Shown: one piece after another, positions 9,911-20,535 of the stretch | Layout: each line of letters begins with the position of its first letter | Numbering within the stretch: position 1 is the stretch's first letter | NCBI GenBank assembly: GCA_964463085.1 | Contig: CAYXAZ010000001.1 | Location: forward strand, 21,906-85,905 | Direction: 5' to 3' | Source: an uncultured Flavobacteriaceae bacterium | GTDB lineage: Bacteria > Bacteroidota > Bacteroidia > Flavobacteriales > Flavobacteriaceae | Length of the DNA: 64,000 nucleotides | Made by a program: the position numbers and the translations under genes | The notes under the pieces: generated by a model | Told to the model about the DNA's origin: nothing | Database searches by the model: none | Seen by the model: the letters and a program-made list of their open reading frames with translations, nothing else

Positions 9911-10604
9911 CGCAAAGTAAATAAAAATATTAACATTAAAATTATATAATGGTAAAATTCAGATTGGTTGATCGAGAAATCATAGATTAAATTTTAAAAG
10001 CAAGCTGATGCTATTTTCTTTCGAAATCTTCTAAGCTATAATATTCATTTTCAGTTTCTAAGTCCATAATTATTTTATAAGCTCTGCTTTTAAATATATT
10101 GAGCAATCTATTTTTTTGAATATAATTATTACTTTTTATATTGAATTCTCCTATATTTGCACCCCATTCATTTTCTAAAGCATTACATGGGGTTTTAAAA
10201 TACTTAGACCTTCTGTTTTTAGTAACACATAATGCTATAGGAAATTTTTGTAAAAAAATGCTGATATTGAGGCATATGAAATTAAATGAGACTAAAAGAA
10301 AGTAGAAGGTTAATTTCTCATAATCAGGGGTCGAAGATTCAAGCTCTTCCAGGTTCACAAATTGAAGTAAAAGGTAATAGGCAGTTATAGTATTATCTCA
10401 TTTTTTGAATAGAAATTAAGAACGTATTTTGTTAAATGAAAATCACTTAATTCAGTATAAAGGATTATTTTTTTGTAAAAAACGAATTTTTGTTAGTATT
10501 TTACTCGCCTGAGTTGTTTTATAAATGAGAATGCTTTTATTTGGTAATGATTGCCGAAGTAATATAAAATGAGCATTTAAATGTATAGTAAAGAAAAGAA
10601 TTTA

Positions 10605-10612
10605 TATATTTG
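10605..10612 (+). promoter_or_regulatory. Bacteroidota housekeeping promoter -7 box
   Basis: TATATTTG matches the TAnnTTTG consensus, 50 bp upstream of ATG 10662. Confidence 0.7.
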
Positions 10613-10661
10613 CAATTAATTGACGATTTTTTCGTTAGTTCATAGTAAAAAGGGAAAATTC

Positions 10662-10868
10662 ATGTTAAAAAAGTACGCTATAGTAATCTTATTGATTTCA
10701 TTTATTGCTTTTACAGGCGATGTTATGGCTCTAGTACCCCCAGGCCCTTGTGGAGGCTCAGGTCAACCTCCTTGCCCTCCAAGTGCTCCTATTGATGGTG
10801 GTGGTATTGGCTTATTACTAGTGCTAGGCATAGGTTATGCTGTTAATAAATTAAGAAAAAAAGAATAA
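10662..10868 (+). CDS. Small exported protein with a PID-CTERM-type C-terminal sorting signal
   Basis: Signal peptide, Pro/Gly-rich spacer with CGGSGQPPC, then PIDGG, TM helix and basic tail KLRKKE. Confidence 0.8.
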   Translation: MLKKYAIVILLISFIAFTGDVMALVPPGPCGGSGQPPCPPSAPIDGGGIGLLLVLGIGYAVNKLRKKE

Positions 10869-11462
10869 TTATTTTAGTGTTGCTATCTTGGCAACATATT
10901 TCCCAATAATATCAAATTCCAAATTTACAGTATCGTTTATTTTTAATTTACTGAAATTAGTATGGCTATATGTATAAGGTATTATGGCGACACTAAATTT
11001 ATTTTTTAATGAATTAATTACAGTTAAGCTCACTCCATTTATTGTTATTGAGCCTTTTTCAATAGTAATGTTTTGAGTTGAGCTATCATATTCAAAAGTA
11101 AAAATATAGCTTCCATTCTCATTTTTTATATCAATACACTTACCAATTTGATCAACATGGCCTTGAACTATATGTCCGTCTAGTCTATCTCCCAATTTCA
11201 TGGCACGTTCTAGATTGATGTGGTCATTTACTTTAAGTGATTTGAAATTGGTTTTTGCTAAAGTCTCATCAATTGCCGTCACAGTATATGAACTGGTTTC
11301 ATTGTTAATAGCTACAACCGTCAAACAAACACCATTATGAGCTACACTTTGGTCAACTTTTAGTTGATCTGCAATATCGCTTTTTATTGTAATATGTATA
11401 TTGCTTTTGTCTTTAACAATTGAGGTAATTTCTCCTATATTTTCTATAATTCCTGTAAACAT
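10869..11462 (-). CDS. ribE: Riboflavin synthase (alpha chain)
   Basis: N-terminal MFTGIIE; SVAHNGVCLTV; INLERAM..GDRLDGHIVQGHVD. Confidence 0.97.
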   Translation of the reverse strand: MFTGIIENIGEITSIVKDKSNIHITIKSDIADQLKVDQSVAHNGVCLTVVAINNETSSYTVTAIDETLAKTNFKSLKVNDHINLERAMKLGDRLDGHIVQGHVDQIGKCIDIKNENGSYIFTFEYDSSTQNITIEKGSITINGVSLTVINSLKNKFSVAIIPYTYSHTNFSKLKINDTVNLEFDIIGKYVAKIATLK

Positions 11463-11519
11463 ATATGTTAATATTAATGACTACTTTTGTAAGCTCAAAA
11501 ATAGCAATTATTTTGTTGT

Positions 11520-12557
11520 ATGAATAGAATTGAAAAAATAAAAGTAGGTATATCTGTTGGTGATATTAATGGTGTAGGTATAGAAATTATATTGAGAACT
11601 TTTGAAGATGCTAGAATGTTAGAGATTTGCACTCCAATTTTATTTGCTTCCAACAAAACAATTGCAATACATAAAAAAGAATTGAATATCAATACTCAAA
11701 TTCAAGGCATAGAAAATGTTACTAAAGCAATAAATAATAAAGTTAATTTGGTAAATGTTTGGAAAGAAAACATCAATATTGATTTTGGTAAAGAAACAAA
11801 AGAAGGAGGTAAATATGCCTTTTTATCATTGCAGGCTGCTGTGAAAGTATTAAAAAGTAACGAAATTGATTTATTAGTAACGGCACCTATTAATAAACAT
11901 AATATTCAATCAGATGATTTTAACTTTAAAGGACATACTGAATTTTTAGAAGCCAACCTAGAAGGTGAAAGCTTAATGATTTTAATGACAGATGAAATTA
12001 AAATCGGGCTTGTAACCGGACATATACCAGTTCAAAAGATTGCTGAAACAATTACACCAGAATTATTAATAAAGAAAGTAAATATATTATATAATTCATT
12101 AATTCAAGATTTTGGAATTGACAGACCAAAAATTGCTGTTTTAGGTTTGAATCCACATTGTGGAGATAATGGAGTAATTGGTACAGAAGATGACGAAATT
12201 GTTAAACCTACGCTAGAAAAAATACAAGCAGAAGGGAAATTAGTATATGGACCTTATTCATCTGACAGCTTTTTTGGAGCTGAATCATATAAGAACTTCG
12301 ATGGTGTTTTAGCAATGTATCACGATCAAGGTTTGGCACCATTTAAGGCATTGTCATTTGGTAATGGCGTTAATTTTACTGCAGGATTGGATAAAATAAG
12401 AACTTCACCAGATCATGGTACTGCTTATGAAATTGCTGGTAAAGGCGTTGCAAATAATAATTCATTTAAAGAAGCGCTTTATACGGCACTAGACATTTAT
12501 AAGTTTCGTAAAGAATATAATGAGTTAGCTCAAAATAAATTAGCAATTAGAAAGTAA
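11520..12557 (+). CDS. pdxA: 4-hydroxythreonine-4-phosphate dehydrogenase
   Basis: Motifs GDINGVGIE, VTAPINK, GHTEFL, LAMYHDQGL and RTSPDHGTA. Confidence 0.95.
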   Translation: MNRIEKIKVGISVGDINGVGIEIILRTFEDARMLEICTPILFASNKTIAIHKKELNINTQIQGIENVTKAINNKVNLVNVWKENINIDFGKETKEGGKYAFLSLQAAVKVLKSNEIDLLVTAPINKHNIQSDDFNFKGHTEFLEANLEGESLMILMTDEIKIGLVTGHIPVQKIAETITPELLIKKVNILYNSLIQDFGIDRPKIAVLGLNPHCGDNGVIGTEDDEIVKPTLEKIQAEGKLVYGPYSSDSFFGAESYKNFDGVLAMYHDQGLAPFKALSFGNGVNFTAGLDKIRTSPDHGTAYEIAGKGVANNNSFKEALYTALDIYKFRKEYNELAQNKLAIRK

Positions 12558-12620
12558 TTGTTTTTTACAAGAAATTTATAATAATTTTATATATTTGCGC
12601 GCTCTAATTGATATGTAGCC

Positions 12621-13154
12621 ATGGAAAAGAAAATGTATGTGATTTCTTTTAGAGGTTTAAAAGAAGGAAAGCACCAATTTGAATATAAAATAGACAATAA
12701 GTTCTTTGAAGTTTATCAATATGAAGATATTTTAGATGCTGATATACAAGTGCATTTAGAATTTATTAAAAAAAGCACATTATTAGAACTTAATTTTAAT
12801 ATTGAAGGGAAAGTTAAAGTTGCTTGCGATATTACCAATGAAATTTACAAACAACCAATTAAAGGAGATTTAGATTTAAAGGTTAAGTTTGGAGATGAGT
12901 ATGATAATGAGTATGAAAACATTCTAATTATTCCTCATGAAGTATATGAAATAGATATAGCACAATATATCTATGAAGTTATAGTACTTGCTTTACCATC
13001 AAAAAGGATACATCCAGGTGTAGAAGATGGAACTTTGAAATCTGATATATTAGATAAATTAAAAGAATTACAACCAGAAACAAAAAGTAATAATAAAGGT
13101 TCTGACCCTAGATGGGATAATTTAAAAGGGTTATTAACAGATAAAAAAATATAA
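12621..13154 (+). CDS. YceD/DUF177 family protein
   Basis: Immediately upstream of rpmF; C-terminal DPRWDNLK motif. Confidence 0.9.
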   Translation: MEKKMYVISFRGLKEGKHQFEYKIDNKFFEVYQYEDILDADIQVHLEFIKKSTLLELNFNIEGKVKVACDITNEIYKQPIKGDLDLKVKFGDEYDNEYENILIIPHEVYEIDIAQYIYEVIVLALPSKRIHPGVEDGTLKSDILDKLKELQPETKSNNKGSDPRWDNLKGLLTDKKI

Positions 13155-13156
13155 AG

Positions 13157-13351
13157 ATGGCACATCCAAAGAGAAAAATTTCTAAACAAAGAAGAGATAA
13201 AAGAAGAACACATTATAAGGCAACTGTTCCTCAAATTGCAGTTGACCCAACAACTAAAGAAGCGCACTTATATCACAGAGCTCATTGGCATGAAGGTAAA
13301 TTATATTACCGCGGTCAAATAGTAATTGATAGTGAAGAAAGTGCTGCTTAA
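13157..13351 (+). CDS. rpmF: 50S ribosomal protein L32
   Basis: [19 protein letters not shown]; lacks the Zn-ribbon cysteines. Confidence 0.97.
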   Translation: MAHPKRKISKQRRDKRRTHYKATVPQIAVDPTTKEAHLYHRAHWHEGKLYYRGQIVIDSEESAA

Positions 13352-13372
13352 GTAAACTTTCTAAAAACAGTG

Positions 13373-13400
13373 AAAAACCCTCATTTTTGAGGGTTTTTTT
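13373..13400. terminator. Intrinsic terminator after rpmF
   Basis: aaaaaccctc-atttt-tgagggtttttt. Confidence 0.8.
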
Positions 13401-13514
13401 ATGTTTTTAGACAAAAAATAGTCAAAAACAACACTTTTTTGATAAAAAACTAAAATAAATTTCATTACTTTGACCCACTTTTGTCAAGGAATTATCTCTA
13501 ATTAAGATAGAATC

Positions 13515-14513
13515 ATGAGTAAAATTACTGCTGCAATTACAGCTGTTGGAAAATATGTTCCAGAATATGTGTTAACCAACAAAATGCTAGAAACGATGGT
13601 AGATACCAATGATGAATGGATTACTACGCGTACCGGAATAAAAGAAAGAAGAATACTCAAAGAAAAAGGTAAAGGAACTTCCTTTATGGCAATCAAAGCT
13701 GCTGAAGATTTGATTTCTAAAACAAATCTAAATTCCAAAGAAATTGACTTAGTTATTGTAGCAACCGCGACACCAGATATGCAAGCTGCATCAACATCAG
13801 CTTTTGTAGCCTCAGAAATAGGAGCTACTGAAGCTTTCTCATTTGACCAAATATCGGCATGTTCAAGTTTCTTATATGGAATGTCTACTGCAGCCAGTTA
13901 TATAGAATCTGGCAGATATAAAAAAATATTATTGATTGGTGCTGATATGAATTCATCAATGATCGATTATACCGATAGAACAACGTGTATTATTTTTGGT
14001 GATGGAGCAGGAGCAGTTCTTTTTGAACCTAATCAAGAAGGGTTAGGGCTTCAAGATGAGTATTTACGCACTGATGGTAATGGACGTAATTTTTTAAAAG
14101 TTGATGCAGGAGGATCATTATTACCGGCTTCAGAAGAAACTGTAAAAAACAAACAACATTTTGTGCACCAAGATGGTAGAACTGTATTTAAGTTTGCAGT
14201 TTCAAATATGGCAGATGTAAGCGAAAAAGTATTAGAGCGTAATAAATTATCAAAAGAAGATGTTACATGGTTTGTTCCACATCAAGCCAATAAAAGAATT
14301 ATTGAGGCTACAGCAAGAAGAATGAATTTAGAGATGGATAAAGTAATGATGAATATTCATAAATACGGTAATACTACTTCTGCTACCTTACCTTTATTAT
14401 TGAATGATTACGAAACTCAACTCCGTAAAGGAGACACAATAATTTTTGCTGCATTTGGTGGTGGTTTCTCTTGGGGAGCTATTTACTTTAGATGGGCATA
14501 TAACTCAAATTAA
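13515..14513 (+). CDS. fabH: Beta-ketoacyl-ACP synthase III
   Basis: Motifs WITTRTGIKERR, AC(SS), FVPHQAN.RI and GNTTSAT. Confidence 0.97.
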   Translation: MSKITAAITAVGKYVPEYVLTNKMLETMVDTNDEWITTRTGIKERRILKEKGKGTSFMAIKAAEDLISKTNLNSKEIDLVIVATATPDMQAASTSAFVASEIGATEAFSFDQISACSSFLYGMSTAASYIESGRYKKILLIGADMNSSMIDYTDRTTCIIFGDGAGAVLFEPNQEGLGLQDEYLRTDGNGRNFLKVDAGGSLLPASEETVKNKQHFVHQDGRTVFKFAVSNMADVSEKVLERNKLSKEDVTWFVPHQANKRIIEATARRMNLEMDKVMMNIHKYGNTTSATLPLLLNDYETQLRKGDTIIFAAFGGGFSWGAIYFRWAYNSN

Positions 14514-14533
14514 AAGAACTAAACCTAAATAAA

Positions 14534-15022
14534 ATGGATTTAAAAGATATTCAAAACCTAATTAAATTCGTCTCTAAATCTGGGGCTAGCGAGGTGAAAT
14601 TAGAAATGGAAGATGTTAAAATAACAATTAAAACAGGTCCCGGAAAAACAGAAACAACTATTGTTCAAGCACCTATGGCTGCAGTTTCGCCTGTACAACA
14701 GGTTCCGGTTCAATCTATTCCTTTAGCTGAAACGCCAGCAATTAACACAACAACTGATAACTCTGTTGATGATGATTCTAAATATCTTATTGTTAAATCA
14801 CCTATTATTGGTACTTTTTATAGAAGATCATCACCAGATAAACCGTTATTTGTAGAGGTGGGAAGTTCGATAAACGAAGGAGACATTGTGTGTATTATTG
14901 AAGCGATGAAACTATTTAATGAAATTGAATCTGAAATTTCAGGTAAAATAGTAAAAATTTTAGTTGATGATGCAACTCCGGTTGAATTTGATCAACCATT
15001 ATTTTTAGTTGATCCATCTTAA
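14534..15022 (+). CDS. accB: Acetyl-CoA carboxylase biotin carboxyl carrier protein
   Basis: Biotinylation motif EAMKLFNEI. Confidence 0.97.
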   Translation: MDLKDIQNLIKFVSKSGASEVKLEMEDVKITIKTGPGKTETTIVQAPMAAVSPVQQVPVQSIPLAETPAINTTTDNSVDDDSKYLIVKSPIIGTFYRRSSPDKPLFVEVGSSINEGDIVCIIEAMKLFNEIESEISGKIVKILVDDATPVEFDQPLFLVDPS

Positions 15023-15025
15023 AGT

Positions 15026-15103
15026 TAAATCCCAATCCCGAGGCTTCGGGACAAATCACAAATAACAATTTCAAAATTATTTGGAATTTATTATTTGGAA
15101 TTT
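15026..15103. repeat. Degenerate heptamer tandem repeats with an inserted 16-bp palindrome (15036-15051)
   Basis: aaatccc/aaatcac/aaataac units followed by inverted tatttggaattt units; tcccgaggcttcggga lies within. Confidence 0.65.
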
Positions 15104-15115
15104 AAAAAAGATCTT

Positions 15116-16459
15116 ATGTTTAAAAAAATATTGATAGCCAATAGGGGAGAAATAGCATTGCGTGTTATAAGAACATGCAAAGAGATGGGCATCAAAACTG
15201 TTGCAGTTTATTCAACTGCTGATGCTGATAGTTTACATGTTAGATTTGCCGATGAAGCAGTCTGTATCGGACCGCCATTAAGTAGTGAGTCATATCTTAA
15301 AATTTCAAATATAATGGCCGCTGCAGAAATTACTAATGCTGATGCAATTCACCCGGGATATGGGTTTTTGTCTGAAAATTCTAAATTTTCTAAAATTTGT
15401 GCTGAACACGATATAAAATTTATTGGTGCTTCGCCGGAAATGATTGATAGAATGGGTGACAAAGCTTCTGCAAGAGCTACAATGAAAGAGGCAGGTATAC
15501 CAACAATACCCGGGAGTGAAGGTATACTGGAAACATTTAAAGAAGTTGAAAAATTAGCTAAAAAAATGGGCTATCCTGTAATGCTAAAAGCTACAGCTGG
15601 TGGTGGTGGTAAAGGAATGCGTGCCGTTTGGAAAGAAGAAGACCTTAAAGATGCATGGGATGGTGCTCGTCAAGAAGCCAAAGCATTTTTTGGAAATGAT
15701 ACGATGTATATGGAAAAATTGATTGAAGAACCGCGCCATATTGAAATACAAATTGTTGGTGATGCTTACGGAAAAGCGTGTCATTTATCTGAAAGGGATT
15801 GTTCTATTCAACGACGTCATCAAAAGTTAACAGAAGAAACACCATCTCCTTTTTTAACAAGCACACTTCGTAATAAAATGGGTAAAGCTGCTGTTAAAGC
15901 CGCTGAATTTATAAAATATGAAGGTGCCGGAACTATTGAATTCTTAGTTGATAAACATAAGAATTTTTATTTTATGGAAATGAATACTCGGATTCAGGTT
16001 GAGCATCCAATAACAGAACAGGTAATTGATTTTGATTTAATTCAAGAACAAATATTAGTGGCGGCTGGTGTACCTATTTCTGGTAAAAATTATACACCCA
16101 CCATGCACTCTATAGAATGTAGAATTAATGCTGAAGATCCTTATAATAATTTTAGACCTTCTCCGGGTAAGATAACGACATTACATTCACCGGGTGGTCA
16201 TGGAGTTCGTTTAGATACACATGTATATGCCGGATATACAATTCCGTCAAATTACGATTCTATGATCGCTAAATTGATAACAACAGCTCAAACCAGAGAA
16301 GAAGCAATCAATAAAATGAAAAGAGCATTAGATGAATTTGTAATTGAAGGGGTAAAAACAACCATTCCTTTTCATAGACAATTAATGGAACATCCTGATT
16401 ATTTAGCAGGAAATTATACTACTAAATTTATGGAAGATTTTGAAATGAAAGAAGAATAA
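15116..16459 (+). CDS. accC: Acetyl-CoA carboxylase biotin carboxylase subunit (start moved to 15116)
   Basis: [14 protein letters not shown]; [10 protein letters not shown]; [13 protein letters not shown]. Confidence 0.97.
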   Translation: MFKKILIANRGEIALRVIRTCKEMGIKTVAVYSTADADSLHVRFADEAVCIGPPLSSESYLKISNIMAAAEITNADAIHPGYGFLSENSKFSKICAEHDIKFIGASPEMIDRMGDKASARATMKEAGIPTIPGSEGILETFKEVEKLAKKMGYPVMLKATAGGGGKGMRAVWKEEDLKDAWDGARQEAKAFFGNDTMYMEKLIEEPRHIEIQIVGDAYGKACHLSERDCSIQRRHQKLTEETPSPFLTSTLRNKMGKAAVKAAEFIKYEGAGTIEFLVDKHKNFYFMEMNTRIQVEHPITEQVIDFDLIQEQILVAAGVPISGKNYTPTMHSIECRINAEDPYNNFRPSPGKITTLHSPGGHGVRLDTHVYAGYTIPSNYDSMIAKLITTAQTREEAINKMKRALDEFVIEGVKTTIPFHRQLMEHPDYLAGNYTTKFMEDFEMKEE

Positions 16460-16477
16460 AATTTTATAATTAATCAC

Positions 16478-16520
16478 AAAATAAAAGGGATATGAAAAAA
16501 TCATATCCCTTTTATTTTTA
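16478..16520. terminator. Intrinsic terminator after accC
   Basis: aaaataaaagggatatga / tcatatcccttttatttt inverted repeat. Confidence 0.8.
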
Positions 16521-16544
16521 CTTTTGATTATATTTCAAAATCAA

Positions 16545-16632
16545 ATGAAACGAGCATGCTAAAAAGTTTAACACCCAAAGAAATGACTAATAGCGAACTG
16601 CATGTGACCGAATTATTAAATATTATAGACAC
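16545..16632 (+). repeat. Start-codon-adjacent element, copy 3 (no palindrome inserts)
   Basis: atgaaacgagcatgctaa...aaatgactaatagcgaactgcatgtgaccga...tatagacac followed by ATGAAA of the Lrp gene. Confidence 0.85.
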
Positions 16633-17097
16633 ATGAAACAAAAAGACTTACATATTGACGGAATAGATAAGATTATTCTAAAAAATTTAATGCGAGATGC
16701 CCGTGCACCTATCTTGAGTATAGCTAGAGAAGTTGGTGTTTCAGGTGCAGCTATTCATCAACGATTACGAAAATTAGAGAAATCTGGCTTATTGATGGGT
16801 TCTAAATTTGTTTTGAATCCAAAAATTTTAGGATATAAAACGGTAGCTTTCGTAGGCATTTTTTTAGATACTTCAAGTACATATAAAGAAGCATTAAAAC
16901 GTTTAAAAGAAATCGATGAGGTTATAGAAAGTCATTATACCACCGGTAACTATGCCGTTTTTGTCAAAATTTTATGTAAAGATAATGAGCATTTAATGCA
17001 AGTATTGAATAAACAAATTCAAGCTATTAAAGGTGTTTCAAGAACAGAAACATTTATTTCGTTAGATCAACAAATTGATAGACAAATAAAAATTTAG
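16633..17097 (+). CDS. Lrp/AsnC family transcriptional regulator
   Basis: IDGIDKIILKNL..DAR, HTH, IESHYTTGNY and GVSRTETFI. Confidence 0.95.
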   Translation: MKQKDLHIDGIDKIILKNLMRDARAPILSIAREVGVSGAAIHQRLRKLEKSGLLMGSKFVLNPKILGYKTVAFVGIFLDTSSTYKEALKRLKEIDEVIESHYTTGNYAVFVKILCKDNEHLMQVLNKQIQAIKGVSRTETFISLDQQIDRQIKI

Positions 17098-17183
17098 TAT
17101 TCTGTTTCCCATCAGCAATTGACCGTTTTGGCATTTATTAATGCAAACTGAACATTATCACTGCTGACTGAAGACTATTTTAT

Positions 17184-17882
17184 TTAGTCTCTGCCTAAAA
17201 TTCTAATTCCCCAATATAATAACATTGCAAGAGAACCCAATGCTGCAACTAAATAAGTTCTAGCTGCCCACTTTAAAGCATCTTCAGAACCTTTATATTC
17301 TTCTTGACTTACTATGTTTTTATCCTTTAACCAAGCCAATGCTCTGTTGCTAGCATCATATTCTACGGGTAGTGTAATGAAACTAAATAAAGTGCCTAAG
17401 CCCATAAAAATTAAACCACCAATTGCTATCATAAACCCTATAGAGCCTGTTGCGCTTGAAGCGGCACCTAAAATAATACCACCAATAACCATATATTGAG
17501 AAAATTTTGATGTAATACTAACCATAGGTACCAAACTTGAACGTAGTTTTAACCATTCATAGGCTTTAGCATGTTGCACGGCGTGACCTACTTCATGAGC
17601 TGCTACAGCAGCAGCAGCAGCGTTACGTTGATTGTAAACACCTTCACTTAAATTTACAGTTTTATTTTTCGGATTGTAATGATCAGTTAACATACCTGGA
17701 GTAGAAATTATTTCAACATCAGTAATACCATTGTCTGATAACATTTTTTGTGCAATTTCTGCACCGCTCATACCATTACGAAGTTGTATTTTAGAATAAT
17801 ATTTAAACTTATTTTTTAACTTGTTACTTATCAACCAACTTATAAGTGAAATTGCTCCAATAAGAATATAAAAACCTATCAT
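17184..17882 (-). CDS. Membrane neutral zinc metallopeptidase (YugP-like)
   Basis: LTDHYNP, AAHEVGHAVQH and LPVEYDASNRAL motifs. Confidence 0.9.
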   Translation of the reverse strand: MIGFYILIGAISLISWLISNKLKNKFKYYSKIQLRNGMSGAEIAQKMLSDNGITDVEIISTPGMLTDHYNPKNKTVNLSEGVYNQRNAAAAAVAAHEVGHAVQHAKAYEWLKLRSSLVPMVSITSKFSQYMVIGGIILGAASSATGSIGFMIAIGGLIFMGLGTLFSFITLPVEYDASNRALAWLKDKNIVSQEEYKGSEDALKWAARTYLVAALGSLAMLLYWGIRILGRD

Positions 17883-17974
17883 ATTTTTTTATGTTTTAAA
17901 ATTTTATTATAATAATTAATTAATCTTGGTAAATTTACAGCATAAATTATTCCAAATTCTATTTTTAAGACAAA

Positions 17975-19006
17975 ATGACAAAAAAACCTGAAATATTAAT
18001 TATTTATACCGGGGGTACTATTGGTATGATTAAAGATTATGAATCAAATGCATTAAAAGCATTTGATTTTGATCATTTGTATGAAAATATTCCTGAGTTG
18101 AATCAATTAGACTGTTATATAGAAACAATTTCATTTGAAAACCCTATCGATTCATCAAACATGAATATCAACTATTGGGTTGACATTATAGAAACTATAG
18201 AACAGAATTATGATAAAAAAGATGGTTTTGTTGTTTTAACAGGTTCAGATACCATGTCATATACATCGTCAGCCATTAGTTTTATGGTTGAGAACCTAAA
18301 TAAACCTATTATATTTACAGGCTCACAATTACCTATAGGTGATTTACGTACCGACGCTAAAGAAAATCTAATTACCGCTATTCAAATAGCCTCCGCCAGA
18401 GATAAAAAAGGATTGCCTATTGTAACCGAAGTCGGTTTATATTTTGAATACAAACTATATAGAGCCAATAGAACAACAAAAATTAACGCTGAACAGTTTG
18501 AGGCATTCTCTTCGCCTAATTATTCTGCGATTGCTGAAAGTGGTGTGCATTTAAAATTTAATAGCAACCTTTTGTTTAAACCAGCTAAAAATAAAAAATT
18601 GATTGTTAGAAAAAAACTTGAAGATAATATTGTTATTTTAAAGCTATTTCCGAGTATCACTAAACAAGTAGTGCAAAGTATATTAGAAATACCAAATATA
18701 AAAGGTGTAATTCTAGAAACCTATGGCTCAGGGAATGCGCCAACTGAAAAGTGGTTTCTGGATTTGCTAAAAAAAGCACTGCAAAAAGGAATTTATATTG
18801 TTGATGTTACGCAATGTATAGAGGGGAGTGTTATTTTAGGGCAATATGAAACGAGTATACAATTACAAAAAATAGGATTGATAAATGGTAAAGATATCAC
18901 CACAGAATCTGCTATAGCAAAATTAATGTATCTATTAGGAGAAAATATTTCCAGAAGTGAATTTAAAACTTTTTTTGAAACCTCACTAAGAGGTGAGATG
19001 TCTTAA
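17975..19006 (+). CDS. ansA: Type I L-asparaginase
   Basis: IIYTGGTIGM, GSDTM and TGSQLP motifs. Confidence 0.93.
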   Translation: MTKKPEILIIYTGGTIGMIKDYESNALKAFDFDHLYENIPELNQLDCYIETISFENPIDSSNMNINYWVDIIETIEQNYDKKDGFVVLTGSDTMSYTSSAISFMVENLNKPIIFTGSQLPIGDLRTDAKENLITAIQIASARDKKGLPIVTEVGLYFEYKLYRANRTTKINAEQFEAFSSPNYSAIAESGVHLKFNSNLLFKPAKNKKLIVRKKLEDNIVILKLFPSITKQVVQSILEIPNIKGVILETYGSGNAPTEKWFLDLLKKALQKGIYIVDVTQCIEGSVILGQYETSIQLQKIGLINGKDITTESAIAKLMYLLGENISRSEFKTFFETSLRGEMS

Positions 19007-19175
19007 AACATCTTATTATACTGATAATAAACATATTAAATATTAGTTTGTTGTAGGGTTTAAATTTGATTCTGGAATTATTATATCATGGGTTCACAAT
19101 AATTTTATGATTATAATTTTTTCAAGTTATTTTTTTTTGTTTTATTTGACATCCACTTAAAAAAATTATTTTTAA

Positions 19176-19262
19176 GGAGAGGTGGCCGAGTGGTTTAAGG
19201 CGCACGCTTGGAAAGCGTGTTTATGAGCAATTGTAACAAGGGTTCGAATCCCTTTCTCTCCG
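19176..19262 (+). tRNA. tRNA-Ser(GGA)
   Basis: Cloverleaf with anticodon arm cacgc-ttGGAaa-gcgtg, long variable arm and GGTTCGAATCC T-loop. Confidence 0.95.
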
Positions 19263-19331
19263 CAGGAATTATTTTTTTAATAAAAAATTTATATCTTTAG
19301 CCCGTTAACTAATTTAATTAATATTCAAACA

Positions 19332-20084
19332 ATGAAAAAACTACTTACTATCCTTGCAATTACAGGATTATTATTTTTAGGCTCAGTTCAAAACAGTTAT
19401 GCTGTAACAACTGCTGTACAAACTGAAGAAGCTGCTACTGAAGCAGACGATGGTAAAACCTTTCACCAAATATTAAAACAACGTTTTATTGAAGGTGGAC
19501 CTTTCTTTATGGGGATTGTATTAATAGCCTTAATATTAGGTTTAGCAGTCGCGATAGAAAGAATTATTTACTTAAACATGGCAACAACTAATACTGATAA
19601 ATTGATAACAAGTATTGAAGATGCATTATCCTCTGGTGGTGTTGAAGCTGCAAAAGAGGTTGCTAGAAATACTAAAGGCCCTGTTGCTTCTATATTTTAT
19701 CAAGGACTAGATAGGATGGATGAAGGAATTGAGCAAGCAGAAAAAGCAGTTGTGAGTTATGGCGGTGTGCAAATGGGATTGTTAGAAAAAAATATTTCAT
19801 GGTTATCATTATTTATAGCTTTGGCACCGATGCTTGGCTTTATGGGAACGGTAATTGGTATGATTGGTGCGTTTGATGCCATTGCTGCAGCAGGTGATAT
19901 ATCTCCGGCAGTAGTAGCAGTAGGTATTAAAGTAGCACTTTTAACAACTGTATTTGGTTTAGTTGTAGCTATTATTCTTCAAATATTTTATAATTACATT
20001 GTATCTAAAGTAGATAGCATTGTTAATAATATGGAAGATGCTTCTATCTCGTTAGTTGATTTACTAATCAGACATAAAAAATAG
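19332..20084 (+). CDS. exbB: MotA/TolQ/ExbB proton channel protein
   Basis: APMLGFMGTVIGMIGAF and ALLTTVFGL motifs. Confidence 0.93.
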   Translation: MKKLLTILAITGLLFLGSVQNSYAVTTAVQTEEAATEADDGKTFHQILKQRFIEGGPFFMGIVLIALILGLAVAIERIIYLNMATTNTDKLITSIEDALSSGGVEAAKEVARNTKGPVASIFYQGLDRMDEGIEQAEKAVVSYGGVQMGLLEKNISWLSLFIALAPMLGFMGTVIGMIGAFDAIAAAGDISPAVVAVGIKVALLTTVFGLVVAIILQIFYNYIVSKVDSIVNNMEDASISLVDLLIRHKK

Positions 20085-20088
20085 TATT

Positions 20089-20523
20089 ATGGATAAATCT
20101 AAAATGTTAACTATAGGTGTTGCTATAATAAGCTTTATTGGCGCTTTTCTTTTGATACGCGTTATTATGGCTGAAGGTAGTGATTCTATAGATAGTGCAG
20201 TTGGTGCTATTGTCACGTTTTCAAAAATATTATTAATAGCGGCGGCAGCAATAGCAATTATATTTTCAGTAGTAAACCTTGTAAAACATCCTCAGGCATT
20301 GAAAAAAACAATGATAGGTCTAGTTGCACTAGGCGTATTATTAGCTATAGCCTATTTTATGGCTTCAGGTGATGCCGTAACAGATGGAGTGGGTAATGTT
20401 TTAAAAGATGGTGCAGCTGGTGCCACTTCTAAATGGGTAAGTGCTTTAATTAATTTTACTGGATTCTTAGGAGTTATTGGTTTAGTTACAATTGCTCTTG
20501 GTTTTGTTAGATCATTTAAATAA
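20089..20523 (+). CDS. Conserved membrane protein of the Bacteroidota exbB-exbD operon
   Basis: Four hydrophobic segments; lies between exbB and exbD. Confidence 0.8.
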   Translation: MDKSKMLTIGVAIISFIGAFLLIRVIMAEGSDSIDSAVGAIVTFSKILLIAAAAIAIIFSVVNLVKHPQALKKTMIGLVALGVLLAIAYFMASGDAVTDGVGNVLKDGAAGATSKWVSALINFTGFLGVIGLVTIALGFVRSFK

Positions 20524-20535
20524 AATATATTAATT

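Noticed and set aside
10011-10358. 115-aa ORF on the - strand upstream of the ECF sigma
   Set aside because: Non-ATG start, no recognisable motifs, AT-rich intergenic context; probably spurious or an unidentifiable remnant.
13157-13351. L32 lacking zinc-binding cysteines as a zinc-starvation paralogue
   Set aside because: It is in the canonical yceD-rpmF-fabH position, so it is most simply the primary copy.
16582-16636. Short ORF (MTNSELHVTELLNIIDT*) overlapping the Lrp start as ATGA, suggesting translational coupling
   Set aside because: The frame is not preserved in the other copies of the element, so it may be chance.
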